Shown piece by piece: positions 12,866 through 25,423 of a DNA stretch of 64,000 bases; the stretch's first letter is position 1; each line of letters opens with the position of its first letter. The stretch spans positions 36,024,001-36,088,000 of the forward strand of contig OZ076409.1 of assembly GCA_964187785.1 (NCBI GenBank), in the 5' to 3' direction. Below the pieces are notes generated by a model. The model saw only the letters and a list, made by a program, of their open reading frames with translations, was not told where the DNA came from and did no database searches. The stretch is from Amphiscolops sp. MND2022 (Eukaryota). A program made the translations under genes and the position numbers.

Positions 12866-15800
12866 ATGGAGGATTCTAACAGCAGACTTCCCGACAATCG
12901 TGTCCAAACAGGTCAGTAGACTAAAGGTTTCTTTTCAGTTTTGTTCTAAAATTGAACTCTTGAGGTTTGATCAGAACTCTCTTTCGTTCACGTGCTTCCT
13001 GTTCAATAACTCCAGTGTTCACTTGAGTTCAGATTATTCACTTCCGGAAGAAATTTTACCGCGGTAATGGATTCATATTCAGGAAGGTTCCCGCTTGATT
13101 TTATTTCTTTTTGCTTAGACATGACGTCTGAACAACAAACTGAAAATATTGAATTGCCTACTGCCGATCCCAACGTTTCTGCCCAAAGTCTGCCGGAACA
13201 ACGTGCTGACCCATCCCTTGAGGCCAGACCAACAGAGACGGATGTCTTCCCGGAGCTTCGTCCTTTGTCTAATTTATCTTCAAATAGTGGCAATACTGAG
13301 GAGAGCCTTTCCACCTTCGCGGAACAGACCTTACGTAGTCTAGCCCAGATTGATCCCAGTTTGGACGTTACATTTTTGTCGGCCCTGGATAAAACTCCTT
13401 CACAGAAAGAGGCTGAGTCAAATCCACTCAAGGCTTCAGAGTCGGAGGCCCTATCTTCTTCACAGTCTAGAGCAGGGCAAACCAAGGTTGGACAGCAGAA
13501 GAATACCGATTTACTCGATTTAACCTCTTTTGACATCGGAGAAGAGCAGAAGAAGAATTATTTCGAAACAGATGCCAGTGAAGTTGAAGACATTTACGAC
13601 AGCGCGGGCGAAGACGGATTGACTGACAGGCCCACATCCAGCATAGTTGGGTTTGATCTCCAGGCTACATCAGGAGAATCCCCAGAGCTCGAGTGTCCGA
13701 ATACCAACAAGCCGCAAGGGCCTGAGACACACAAGGAACCCTCCCTGCCAGCGGAGTTGTCTGTTATGGGCGGATTGTGCTTCGCAAACATTTTGCTCAG
13801 AGTGCTCCCATTGACCTTCCCCGGGGGCACACTACTGTTGCATTTACCGAACCCCAAATCCATGCCGTGTTAAAAACAATCTCGGATGAAACAGTAAAAT
13901 CATCCCTGCATGCTATGCGGTCATTGGTCTTACCTGCGGTCCACTGAGGAAAAGGACACACTGCTGGGCAACTTAGAAAAGCTCTGATCCGTGGAAGCGT
14001 CCCAGCAAGAGCCATGTTAGCCAGCTCTGAAGGAGAGTCGGACAGCGAGGGATGTACGACCGACGGCTACTCAAGTGGGCATATGGAACAGACGAAGACA
14101 TAGCTGGTACGACCTACAGTCAGGACGTTGAATCTGACGCAAGTTCTTCCGCAGCTCAGACGTGTATTGTGATGAGAAGAGAAGGCGCAGCACCGCGTTC
14201 AGGACAGATCACCGTTCCTAGTCCGGGATACAGTGAAGGTGACTATGAGCCTCTTTGCCAAATGTGTCCCCAAGCCAAACATCAACATTCTGGAGTTGCC
14301 CATCTCGGAAGAGACGAAAGCTACAACCACGCCCCGGCAAGGTAATGAAACCCTCTTACTTTAAAGGAATACAATGGACAAAAGTGTTTGTCAGCGGCCC
14401 ACTCGATCCCGTTCATAACAAACACAAATTTTATTGCCAGATATGTAAAACCAACCTATCTATATATTCGAAAAGTGAACGAGAGATTGTCCGCCACTTC
14501 CGATCTGAAGGCCATCTGCGCAAAAATCAGAGATGGCGCTACGAACATTCGGGTAAACTCGAGAAGATTTCTGGCAATATCATCCATTCGGTCAGGGGGA
14601 GAGACGGGCACGTCCTTACCCCATTCGAGCTAGAGAAGGAGAAACCGTTGTTTGAGTCAGCTCCCCTAGTTTACATTGGCCCTCGATTTCCGTTTTACGA
14701 CGAGTATATGTCAAGTGCAGGGGGCTTAACCAGTTCCGAAGACATCCGGTCCGGTACCCAAATATCCTTGATTGGTCGATTCGTCCCTTATTTTGGTAAC
14801 CTCGCAACTCTGCAAGGACTTTGGACCGAGGTGGGCAATTTCACAAACCATCAGGAGCTATTCGGCGACATTTATTGGAGCTCCACCAAGCTCACGGTAT
14901 GTATTGTGTTTGCTTACCTTCCTTTTAATACCGATTTTGGAGGAATGAAGAAAGGTTTCGTAATAGACCGTCTGTCCCTTGTATTTTTTAAATGCAGAGT
15001 TTTGTTTCAGGCTATTTTCCATCACATTTTCCTGCGTGGAATGGAGGACGTGGCGCAGACAGTTAATGACAGTGGGTTATACTCCCTTGAGGTTGAGCCA
15101 CAGGGGGGCAAGGAAATCACCTCACTTCGTTACTGGAAGTCAGGGTTCCTTGTGAAGCTCCAGCTGTTCCAGTACAGTTTGGCCTCTGATCCTGACCATA
15201 ATCAACTGCTCGTCGTGGCACGACTCTTGTCTCTTCTGTCCACAGCTCCCCAAATCGTTTGTATGTGTGGATGCACTGCTAGCGTCCTCCGGACCGTTGA
15301 AATTTCTTCCTTACTAAAGAAGGGGATTGAATACTCATTCCGTTATCAAGTGACATCTCTTCACAAACTGATGCACAAACGAGAGGGAAGTGTCTTCGGG
15401 CGGATCGACTTTTATTCGCAGCTCAAATACTTACTAGCGTATTTGGCCCACAGTTTGGACGAGCCCTGGATGAGTAAAGCTCCTGAACTCTCTAAGGTTG
15501 GTTTTATGCCTTGGTCCTTAGGGTCGAGTCCTTCATGCACTTTTTATCACGTAGTGTTATTTTGCAGGCTATTAACAATTGTGACCTGCGACTCCTCTCC
15601 TACCTGCCATATATTCGGAGATCATAAGGAACTGGACTGCTTTCTTGGATCACATAACTCTGATTGCACCCAATTACGAAATGGCTGGAGTCAAAAATAA
15701 GGTTGTAAGTCCACTTCATTGACTAATGTGGGTCGTAGTTTGATTTCTACCCCCTAGTGGTCTGCTCATTACTGATGTTTTTATTTCCTTTTAGCCGCAA

Positions 15801-17148
15801 AGTCTTGAGTGGCAGATAATCAGCGACGACTTCTTCTTGCTGAAATTGGAGTTCTACGGGAGAATCGTGTATGATTGTTTAGTATCCTTTGTCTGGTCTT
15901 CATACTTAGGGTCGAGGGATCAGAATAAGTGTCCGGTAAATCCAGAGGACATCGAGAGCAGTTTACCGTTACCGATTTCCACTGTTTAGATAACGCCTGT
16001 TTCGAAAGGAGCCTGGTGGGACACCGAGATTCTGGGTTCTTTACCTTCGGCCAGTGAAACAGCTTTGTGAGAAAACTTTGTTATCTAGCCCTTATCCCAA
16101 AACATCTTCCCAAGGATACAAACTGGAGACCGTTACCCGTTCTTCGAACTGCTGATCTCCGTTAATTGTCTTCTCGAGATTTCCTTACTTGGTTGAGATT
16201 AAAGCAAGACTTGGAAGCTGCTGCAACAGCCAAGGTGAAGCGAGACCACTGTGACCAAGAGGGGCCCATTCCCAACATGACTGCATTAGTTGAAGAAACT
16301 AAAGAGAAATTTGTAGCCAAGGCCAGGAGCTATGTTGTTACCCTCCTAGAGATTTTCCTGGGTCATCTTAGATTAAATGCCAACATCGTATGTGGGATGG
16401 CTTGCTTCGACCCTAAAATCATCTTGTGCCTACCACTCGAGCAAGCCAACTTTTGTTTCACCGCACTCTATCAGAGTTTCAGTCTCCGAGGTTGGCTTGA
16501 GGGTTCACCAGAGAACGACTGTCGAGATGAGTACCTTGACTTCGTTGGGCTTTTCCGACAAGCCTATCACTCCCTGAAAGATTCCCCTAATGGTTTCTCG
16601 GACATGGTCAATTTGCTTTCATCTATGCCTGAACTCCGTAATCGGGCTCCTCTCTACCGCTTTTTCCAATTGAGTTGTATGTGTCTGACTGAGAATACCC
16701 CATTGCTTCCTTCCATTCGCTTCCACGATGTTGACGCTCAAAGGCCAAAGTGTAGTTTGGGGGATGTCCTCTTGCCTGCACAATCCTACCTGGCCCGAGT
16801 TCCTGAGGCTTCATCTGTTTGCATTAAGGATGATTCTCTCAGTAAGTTACGAGAAATAGAGAAGAGTTTAACACAGGCAATGTGGCTGGGGACCCTTGGA
16901 CCCACGTTGATGTGTTCGGAAGGGCTGATTTCTACAAGGTTCTTTGGCAGAAGCACAAGTCCCTCTCACAGAAAACCAAATCGCTGTCTTCCAGTCGTTC
17001 GTCCTGCAGGTCCACTTCACCTGTTACTAGCAAACGTCGAAGGGATTCTCCTGAAAAGGGAAAGCGGAAAGTAGGTTTCAAGTCAACATCACCGCCAATG
17101 GGAGGTTCTGCGGCACATGATCCTGGGCAGACCGCAGCTAAGCCTTAA
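12866..17148 (+). pseudogene. Antisense multi-exon cargo gene of Gypsy B: C2H2/BED-like zinc finger plus hAT-transposase-like body; this copy has stops and frameshifts
   Basis: Predicted exons 12866-12911, 13119-14896, 15011-15496, 15568-15704, 15795-17148. Introns are GT..AG with pyrimidine tracts; introns 1, 2 and 4 join in frame. Motifs: RKRRK, FYCQIC-x16-HFRSEGH, YSLEVE..LRYW, MACFDP, PLYRFFQL. AATAAA at 17317-17322. Confidence 0.8.
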
Positions 17149-17376
17149 ATGTACATAGTATACATTTGTGTTTTATCTGTTTCTTATGTATCTATCATAA
17201 ACTTTGTATGTTATTTATTTCATCTGCCTTTATTTTGTGGTTTTGATTTATGTACCACTGAGTCTTTTGTTGTCGACAGTAAGTTTGTATTAAATTTTCG
17301 CAGTCAGAGTAGTCCCAATAAAAGCGTTATCAATTTTAGTCCATGAGACTTCCGGGACTTTAATTTACATGTTTGA

Positions 17377-20300
17377 CTAGTATTTGTATTCATCAGAAAA
17401 GTTGGGATTGGGGTTAGGTCGAAGATTATATTTCCCTCCTCTAAGACTAGAATTTTTTTCAGTTTTTTCATTTTCCGATATTCTGGGCACGGTAATGTCT
17501 GCGCCTCCATTTGAAGCAATTTCTGTGCTTTCTAAATCATTAGTGACGTCATTTTCGTCTTCTGTCCTCATAGGCGATTCATTCAGAGAGGATGGTACGT
17601 CTCGGCTGGTGGCCGGTCTCGACCTTATTATATTCTCGTTTGCGTCACTTTCATCATTTTTTGTCTCAATTGGCGTTTCGCTCAGCGGGAACGGCGCATC
17701 CTGTGTAGTGGCCGTTCTCGGCTGTATTTCGTTTTCAATGACGTCATTTTCATTCCTTTCGCTGCTGCTGCATTCGTCATTTGTCGTGTTGCTGCATTCA
17801 CCTTCGGTGACGTAATAGTCCACTCCGCCGCTTGCGGCGTCATTCGGTAGGCGCGTGGCCGTGTACGGCCAATCATCTTTTCTCGGCTCAAACAGTTCGT
17901 ATTCAAAGTCCGCTTCCAATGAAATGGTGTATAGATCATCTTGCGGTATTATTATTGATTCGTCGGGCTGTAATTTCTCTTCTTTGTACTTGTTCTCTAG
18001 TGGGACATTTGAAACAAATTTTATGAGTCTGATCCGGTGTAGGATCTGCGTCTTATTTGTATTTAAACGAGGTACTATATAATTGCTGTTCGGTAAAACT
18101 TTTTGGACGATAAAGGGACCAGTCCACCTGAAGTCTCTAAAAAGTATTTTAGAGCCTTGACTGTCGGCTTTCGGCTGAAGAACAAAACAGTAGTCCTTTT
18201 CTTGTAGCGGAGCCGCTTTGGCCTTTCGGTCGTAGTATTCTTTGTATTTTAAATAAGACTGCATAATATTCTTTTTCGTCTGGTTGATGAAGATTTGCGT
18301 CTTCTGCTGCAGTTCTTCTGCAAATTCGGTTGTCGGTAGGATTATTTCTTAATTTATGATCAAGGACATTGTAGGGAATTCGGCCATGAAAAACTTTGCT
18401 AGGCTCACATCCAATACGAGAGTGATAAGTAGTGTTATAGTTGAGCACAGCTAATGGCAAATATTTATGCCATTTGGCGTCGATATTCCCCTGAGGCCAT
18501 CTTCAGATTGGTCTTTAGAGAGGCATGAGACCTTTCAAGTGTGCCAATAGTTTCCGGGTGTTTTGTAGTAGCGCATTTTAATGTTATTCCCAGTATTTCA
18601 GTAATTTTCTCTAAAATCTTTGAGGTAAATGCGGACCCCTTGTCTGTGATGAGGGTTGTCGGCAAGTTTGAATGTTTCGTCTTTATATCAATTATCACCT
18701 TGGCCACATTTGCGGCTGTTGCCTCAATTAGCGGGGTAGGCGAATAAATATCTTGAAAATACATCTATTGCCGTCATCACTGTTTGGTATCCGCCGCTGG
18801 TTGGTAAATTCGGTAACAAGTCAATTTGCATGGCATCTCCTGGGCCAAGGTCCCATTCGGGCAAATTCAATAGTTCCGGAGTAATTGCCGTATTAGGTAC
18901 CCTTTTGTCCTTGGCACATGTTTCACAGCCTTCTACCCATTTTTTGACGTGTTTTGCAATTCCGGGGTAGTAGTATTTTTGGCGAATTTCCTGTAGCATT
19001 TTGGAAATGCCTGGGTGTCGATGTGCCGTGCAATGTATTGCTTGTAATAATTCTTTGAGTAAATGTTTTGGTAATAAGATTTGATGATATTTGACTTGTC
19101 CGGTTTCGTCGTAGTACTGCCGTGTCACTATTTCATCCTTGAGGACTATTCGGTCTATATTGTTCAAATAGTGTTTGTACCGAAAATCCTGTTGAAGGAT
19201 TTCTTCAGAGTATTCTTCTTTTTGAAGTTTCGCCTTCAATTGGGACAAAATCGGGTCTCTAGACTTTTCAAGCTGTTTCTGATTCGTTCTTCGCAATTTT
19301 TGTGTGAAATTAGTGATTTCCTCTACCGTATTTTCTGATATGGCGTCAATTTGAATTACTGTCTCAGGGATCATGAGTCCCTTTTTGGATTGCTGTTTCC
19401 GTTCCCAAATCTGTTGTTCTGTTTCTTTGTCTTCTTCAGTAAAGCAGACTTGTTCTTCTTCGGACACTCCGGCTGATTGGACATTGACCTCAATCGATCT
19501 GGTTTCAACGTCTTCGCGTATTTTCAGGACTAATTTTTCAGTAGGTTCTATTTCCATACGGGACAGGTAGTCCGCCGCTGTGTTGTTTTTGCCTGGAATG
19601 TGAGCTATGATGAAGTTGAATTGAATGACAAAATCACAAGCATTCCAGAGTGGCGGTGGTATTATCTTTGTCTGGAAGAACCTCGTGACTGATTTGTTAT
19701 CTGTGAGGATAATCACGGGTTGAGGTGTTCCCCAGAAAAAATGTCCAAATCCTAGAATGAGTAATATATAGCTAGGAATTCCTTTGCATATATCGACATT
19801 TTGAGCGGAGATGGAGTAAAATTTTTTGATCCGTATGCAATTGGCGCATAGGATTTTTTGACAGAAGTATATTTCTGATTTGGGTCATCTTCGGTCAATA
19901 TGGCGTAACCTGCTGCTGTAAAACTTGCATCAGTCATGAGGACTAGTTGTTTGTTGGGCAGAGGTTGTTTCAACGCTAACTGACTGCATCTATCTACGTC
20001 TCGGTTGATCTCATTAAATTGTTCTTGGTATATAATTTCTGTAATAGTTGAGGAAACCAAGATATCGTTGTAGGGCCTTCTTGAACTTTAGGAATTTCGT
20101 CTTTTCCAAGAAGTTAGTGATTCTTTCTTTTTGGGGTTTTACACCTTCAGGGGTAATTGTTCTTCCAAGGAAGTCGATTTCAGTGGCCCCAAAATGGCAC
20201 TTGTGCATGGACAGTTTCAATCCCGCTTCTCTAACGCATTGGAATGTTGCTCTTAAGTTGGTGATGGGTTGGTTGGCGTCTGTTGCCGCAACGCCAATAT

Positions 20301-22490
20301 CGTCTACGTATTGAGCGCATTGGTCGCCTTTTATAACTCGATCTAGGTATTCCCTCATAAAACTTAAAACTGGAGAAAGCCGACAGGGCTCCACTGAGGC
20401 CCTGAGCTAATCTCATGTATGCAAATGTCCTGCTGGCGAATATAAAAGCCAGCATTTCAATTGATTACTGGTCTGCCATGGGGAGACAAGGGTAAGCTTG
20501 GGAACAGTCGAGTTTGCAAAAAAGTTTTTTGCCGGCCATATGTTGCGCTGCGTCCGTCAAGGTGCTGACTGGGTGGTTGTATTTGACGTAGTCGTCTGAA
20601 ATCAGATTGTTAATTTTCCTCAAATCCACAAACAGTCTCAGTTTTCCATTGGGTTTTTTCTGCGCAAATATTGGACTGGCGTACTTTGAGAATGGTAATG
20701 TCGTTATAATTCCATATTTGTGAAGCAGCGCCAGTTCGACCAAAATGTCCTTTTTGAGGTTGACCGGAGTAGGTAAACTCTGACTGTAAGCAGGCGATTC
20801 GTCCTTTGGGGTCAATTTGACTGTAAATTCCTCATTGACGCGAATGTCAAATCTATGTCGAGCGAAGATATCATGAAATTCTACTAATAGGGTTTCTATT
20901 TGTCTGATCTCATGTTGCTGTAGCATTGAGTCCTTCCAATCAAAATTGCTGAGGAATTTTCGGCGGGATTCTGCATCGTCATGCGGATTGAGTTGTTCTA
21001 AGTTTTGCAAGTTTCGTAATTCCTTGAGAATTCTTTGTTGTATTGGGGTGTGAGTTGTTTCGTCCCCTAGATTTTCAGGCGTTGGAAACCAATATTGTTC
21101 GTAATGGTCGTTATTTCTGTTGGCTTTGATAAGACTACTAATATAGTAACTAGCGTCGTCCTCATTTTCGTTCAATAAATGCCAGGTGGACACTGGGTCT
21201 ATAGGTCTGACATATTTCATCTGTTCAGGGGTCATCACTGAGAAATTTGCGATATGCGTCCCTTTCTTGAGTTTGTAGGGTTGATCGGTGAAATTGTTGA
21301 CGCGTATGCTCATAGCCCCTTCATGTAGTGTGACTATAGCGGCACAAAAGGTTATGTCGCCTTCTTCGTGTAGAAGGTCCCTGGGTTGTAGTATACCCGT
21401 AACTGCGTTTTCTGCATAGATTTGGGATTGGGTATATATGACTACGTGGTCATTTGGTGAAATTAGTGCATCCTCAGGATAGGTTCCCGTACATTTGAGT
21501 ATTTATGGTCAACCGTTTTGAGTTGCATCGAGAAATATGGAAAATTGAGTATACCTTGGCGCATGTCCAGGACGGTATGATTCCTTTGGAGGAACATCAG
21601 TCCAAATATTGGGCTGGACAATTTTTCCATTACTACAACGATTTCATGGAATTCTATGTCTCCCACTTCAAATTTTAGTTCGACTAAACTCTTTGGGGTT
21701 TCGAGATCTCCATTCTCGACCATTATTTGGAAAGATGGAGCAGGACCTTATTTTACTATGGATTGGGGGACCAAGAGGCGTATTTTCCTGAGGTCTGATT
21801 CTGCTATTGCACTAGAGTGGGCCCCAGTGTCGCTTAGGCCATCTAAGGTCAATCCCCCAAAATCCATTGGGAAGTAGTGCATTCGTCGTTTGAATATAAG
21901 TCCAAGGTTCGTTGAAAGGGGAACGTAGGGTGTTTCTCCTTCCTTGGCTACTAAAAGGTGCAAGAAGGCCGTTTCATCTAGGAGGCTAGTAGGGTCCTTG
22001 TGGTCTTCCTGCCGTTGGATTGTTTCCACTTCTGGTGAAGTTGCTTCAAAATTTGGCTGCCAAAGTTCGATGAGGGCCCGAGATATGGTATCGTCCACAA
22101 TGTCCGGGTCATCTTCATCATCAGTTGGAGGATAGTCATCACCTGTAAATTGTAGGTTTTGTTTATCGTATAGTTCATCATCCCAATACGGGTCTTTTCC
22201 ATAGTCGGGGTCTAAGTATTGAGAGTTATAATCTTCGATTAATGGTAAAGGTTGGAATTGGGTCTCAAAGTTTTTAGTGTAGTCCATGTCATAGTATTGG
22301 TCTGGGCGATCTATATGTACTGCTTTGTAAGTTTTGATGTAAGCTTTTTCTATCTGTTGCTGCCAGACAACGGACGGGATGCCATTGGTGTCTTTAACAT
22401 ATTGTCGGAGGTTTATTATTGGAGGATCTGATATGACACATTGTCGTACTGACATATAGTCATGTATCTGGAGTCGTGGCAAAATCAGTT
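17377..22490 (-). pseudogene. pol: pol of Gypsy B (PR, RT, RNase H, integrase with GPY/F motif), frameshifted
   Basis: LSDTGA protease; KLDCSQAY and YVDD RT; MTDASF RNase H; HCTAHRHPG...CETC, IDLL, TDKG, LERSH integrase; WTGPF; acidic C-terminal tail. Confidence 0.95.
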
Positions 22491-24192
22491 TTTTGACTCA
22501 TGCTTTTTGGAAGTGGATTGGCTTGAGGAGGATGTTTCATTGTTGTTATTTGCCTTCTTGTGTTTTTCATCCTCTTTTGAGTCATCGTTATTTTTGTCAT
22601 CATTGCGATTCCTCTTGGGTCGTAGATATGCTCCAGCGCCTTGCCAACATCGCTCTGTCGGGTGACTCTTTTTCCCGCATGTATCACACGGTGGGTATGT
22701 TGGGCGCTGTGGTTTCTTGCCAGTCTTGTCTTCGAATTCTTTTTTCTTTTTCAATTTTGGACAATTTTTGTAAAAATGGCCATTTGCCTTACAGAAGGCG
22801 CATTGTGCATCTTTGTTGGTGTCGATGCCGGTAGATAGTTAGCTGCAGCTACTTGTGGACGCTGAGGCCATTGTGGTGATTGGTAGGTCATCCGATTCCT
22901 CCAGTGCATTGAGTTCGAGCTCTCTTTCAAGATGAGCTACAATTTCTTCATATGTCCCATTCTCTAGACGGGCCACGTTGAGAGATCGCTTCAGCTTTGG
23001 TGGTAATTTGGCATAGAGCAAACTGTCAATCATGCTTTTGGCATTTTAACCAAAGGCTTTCTCGGCACCTTGGTTCAGCTCTTCTAAAAAGTCAGGCAAT
23101 TTCATCGTATTAGGGTCAACAATGAGTCTGTGCCATTTGTGTTTGGCTGTTGCCTGCGATTCTGGTTTTACATATTTGCGTCTAAATATGACCAGGACGT
23201 CTTCAAGTGTTTGACGGTTAGTATTGTTTATGTTCGTGAATGTTTGCAGTGCCCCTTTTTGGAGCAAGGAAAGAAAATGATTAATTTTCATCTGCTCAGT
23301 CATTACAGGTTGCATTTTTATCATTGTATGGAACAAATCTTCAAAGAGTTCAAATTTTTCACTTTTACCATCAAATGTCATGGGGGTGGTTGTAACTGAT
23401 CTAATTGTCATCGAGTGTGGTTTGTTCTGAAGGTTGACTAGCACATCAGCTAATCTATTTATCGGGTCCTGGGGTGTTTGTGGCACCTCAGGCTTTGGGT
23501 CAGGTAGATTAGTGTCCAAAGAGATATTATGGCTTGATTCTTGTCTCTCAAGGTTCGGTTGTGAGTGGATTCATCCAGTCAGGAATTCAGGAATTTGTCG
23601 TTGGGCTTCGGTAGCTCCTGTCACCATGTAAGCACTGTCGTCTCTAGGTGGTCTAAGGTCACCAGTAGACTGTGAGTCCCTTTTTGTATTTTTTTAAAAA
23701 TCCTCTATTCATTTCAAAATTTTCCTGGCTGTTGGGGGACGAACTTGCCTCAGTGTCTCGGTTCCCCGAGGATGAAATTGAGCTCACAATATTCTGAATC
23801 TCTGGGATTACTCTCTCGGTTATCGCTGTACTAATAGCCCTATTTATCTGGCTATGCATTAGTGACATCATTGAATCCATTTCTTGCGAAAGTCTCATGT
23901 TGAATTCGCTAGTAAAAATTTCTAGTGTTTCTTGAACCCTATCTTGCCAAGGTATTACATTTTCATGTGCATAATGCCCAAATTCATTTTCGTGAGTTTC
24001 ATGTCTCGAAGATTGAAGGTTGGACTCAATGTCTTGATCATTTCCCTTATTTCCAATCATATCCGAAACCTTGCGTTCAACAGGATTACTGTTTCCATTT
24101 CCTACCATTACGTCTGCATTCTCAAAGTCGGACATCATGTCCATTTCCCTTGACTTCCTAGCTTTCGCCTTTTGTTTCCTTGTAGAAGGCAT
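22485..24192 (-). pseudogene. gag: gag of Gypsy B, starting inside the 5' LTR
   Basis: ATG of MPSTRKQK at 24192; capsid-like FDGKSEKFELFEDLF; knuckles CAFCKANGHFYKNC (~22765-22805) and CDTCGKKSHPTERC; several frameshifts. Confidence 0.85.
23614..23626 (-). promoter_or_regulatory. Primer-binding site of Gypsy B, tRNA-Leu-like
   Basis: Minus strand reads ...TTACA|TGGTGACAGGAGC, close to the tRNA-Leu PBS TGGTGTCAGGAG. Confidence 0.7.
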
Positions 24193-25196
24193 AAGAGACA
24201 ATTGCAAGGGGTAAGAGTTATTTATCTTTAGGCTTGCAAACAAAATAAGATCAATTGACAGGCTGCATCTATTATCAAAAATGTCTCCCCGGTCCCAGAG
24301 TCCCGGGTATATATATGATAAGTTGCACGACTGTCGAAAAAATAACTGTCATGTTCTAAAAATAGATGAATGTTAGTCTAAAAGTAGCATCACCTACATG
24401 TGGATTACATGATGTAATGACCTATTGGCCACATCAAAGGCGTTACACCGCCTCATTCGTCCTTAAGGGACAACTGCACTTTTATGATGATGAAGGCAAC
24501 ACTGCATGTAATATTCATGTAATAATTGCATATCCAAATCACACTCTCATATACTTTAAGCAGGAGAATTTAGACTTTGGCCAGATTCAGCCTTTGAGCC
24601 AAGAAAAGGGCTTCAAATATAGCACCTTTATTTGTAAGAACGTAATTGTACGTAGCATTATTCTTCAAATTAAGTCCTTTACTATATTCATGAAAGCACC
24701 AGTTAAATTGGACTCAGTCTCTCATCGCCTTAGCAAGCATATTGGTATTTGAGAATGAACGGCGCGTGGCCATAACGTCCACTAATAACAGCGCTGTATT
24801 AGAGTGCTCAGTTGAATGGTGAAATGTGATTGGTTGATTTTAGTTTGGACTGCTTGTCCACGGCGACAGGAGAGAAAACACTTTGAACGCGTTTCCTCTA
24901 CCTGTACGCCTTGGTGTCCAATTCACATTACATCTAATTATATTTACATGTTTTAAAACATAACTAACAAGGAATATATCCACTAATTGTACGTAATTAC
25001 ATGACATAATAATAATGTAAACCAGTAATACAAAACAGTTTTATCGCAAAGTTTTAATTATGAGCCTTGGATTTCTTGGACTTGTTGTCTCGACTGTTTG
25101 CGTTTCCTCAATCTAGTGGAATTGTTCCAGGTAGGGCCCTGCAATAACCATATGCGACCGTGTACCAGTTGCCATCGCAGGCGGCCGCCTGCGACA
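23627..25196 (-). repeat. 5' LTR of Gypsy B (1570 bp)
   Basis: Minus strand TGTCGC...TACA, followed by the PBS; direct repeat of 9537-11092. Confidence 0.95.
24305..24430 (-). promoter_or_regulatory. Candidate LTR promoter (CCAAT and TATA) upstream of the gag ATG
   Basis: Minus strand has GGCCAATAGG (24421-24430), then TATATATA (~24308-24316), about 115 nt before the ATG at 24192; same in the 3' LTR. Confidence 0.5.
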
Positions 25197-25423
25197 GTGC
25201 ATCCTAAATCCTTTGATCTCAAGCAAGACAAAACTCTTTGTGCTATCTTTGGTCGGCATTTTCGGAGTAATACCACGACATTCACAGTGGCTAGTTTTTT
25301 CTCCAGTCGCTCTGATCCGTCCACTTTTACGGAGAACAGATGAGGAAAGTTTATTCATATGGTAAAGACCATTTGACATAGGCAGCACGCTATTTTCGAA
25401 TTGTTGACGTTTTATCCGATGTT

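Larger units (their letters stand above)
9537..25196 (-). mobile_element. Full-length 15.7-kb Ty3/Gypsy LTR retrotransposon B with extra cargo genes
   Basis: Two near-identical TG...CA LTRs; 5-bp TSD GTGCA at 9532-9536 and 25197-25201; PBS, PPT, gag and PR-RT-RH-IN all present. Confidence 0.96.

Noticed and set aside
14255..15700. 481-aa ORF treated as a single-exon protein
   Set aside because: It reads through a 114-nt in-frame intron and into another intron; the real unit is the spliced gene 12866-17148.
11025..17148. env gene in Gypsy B
   Set aside because: No signal peptide, furin site plus fusion peptide, or TM anchor is evident in any cargo ORF.
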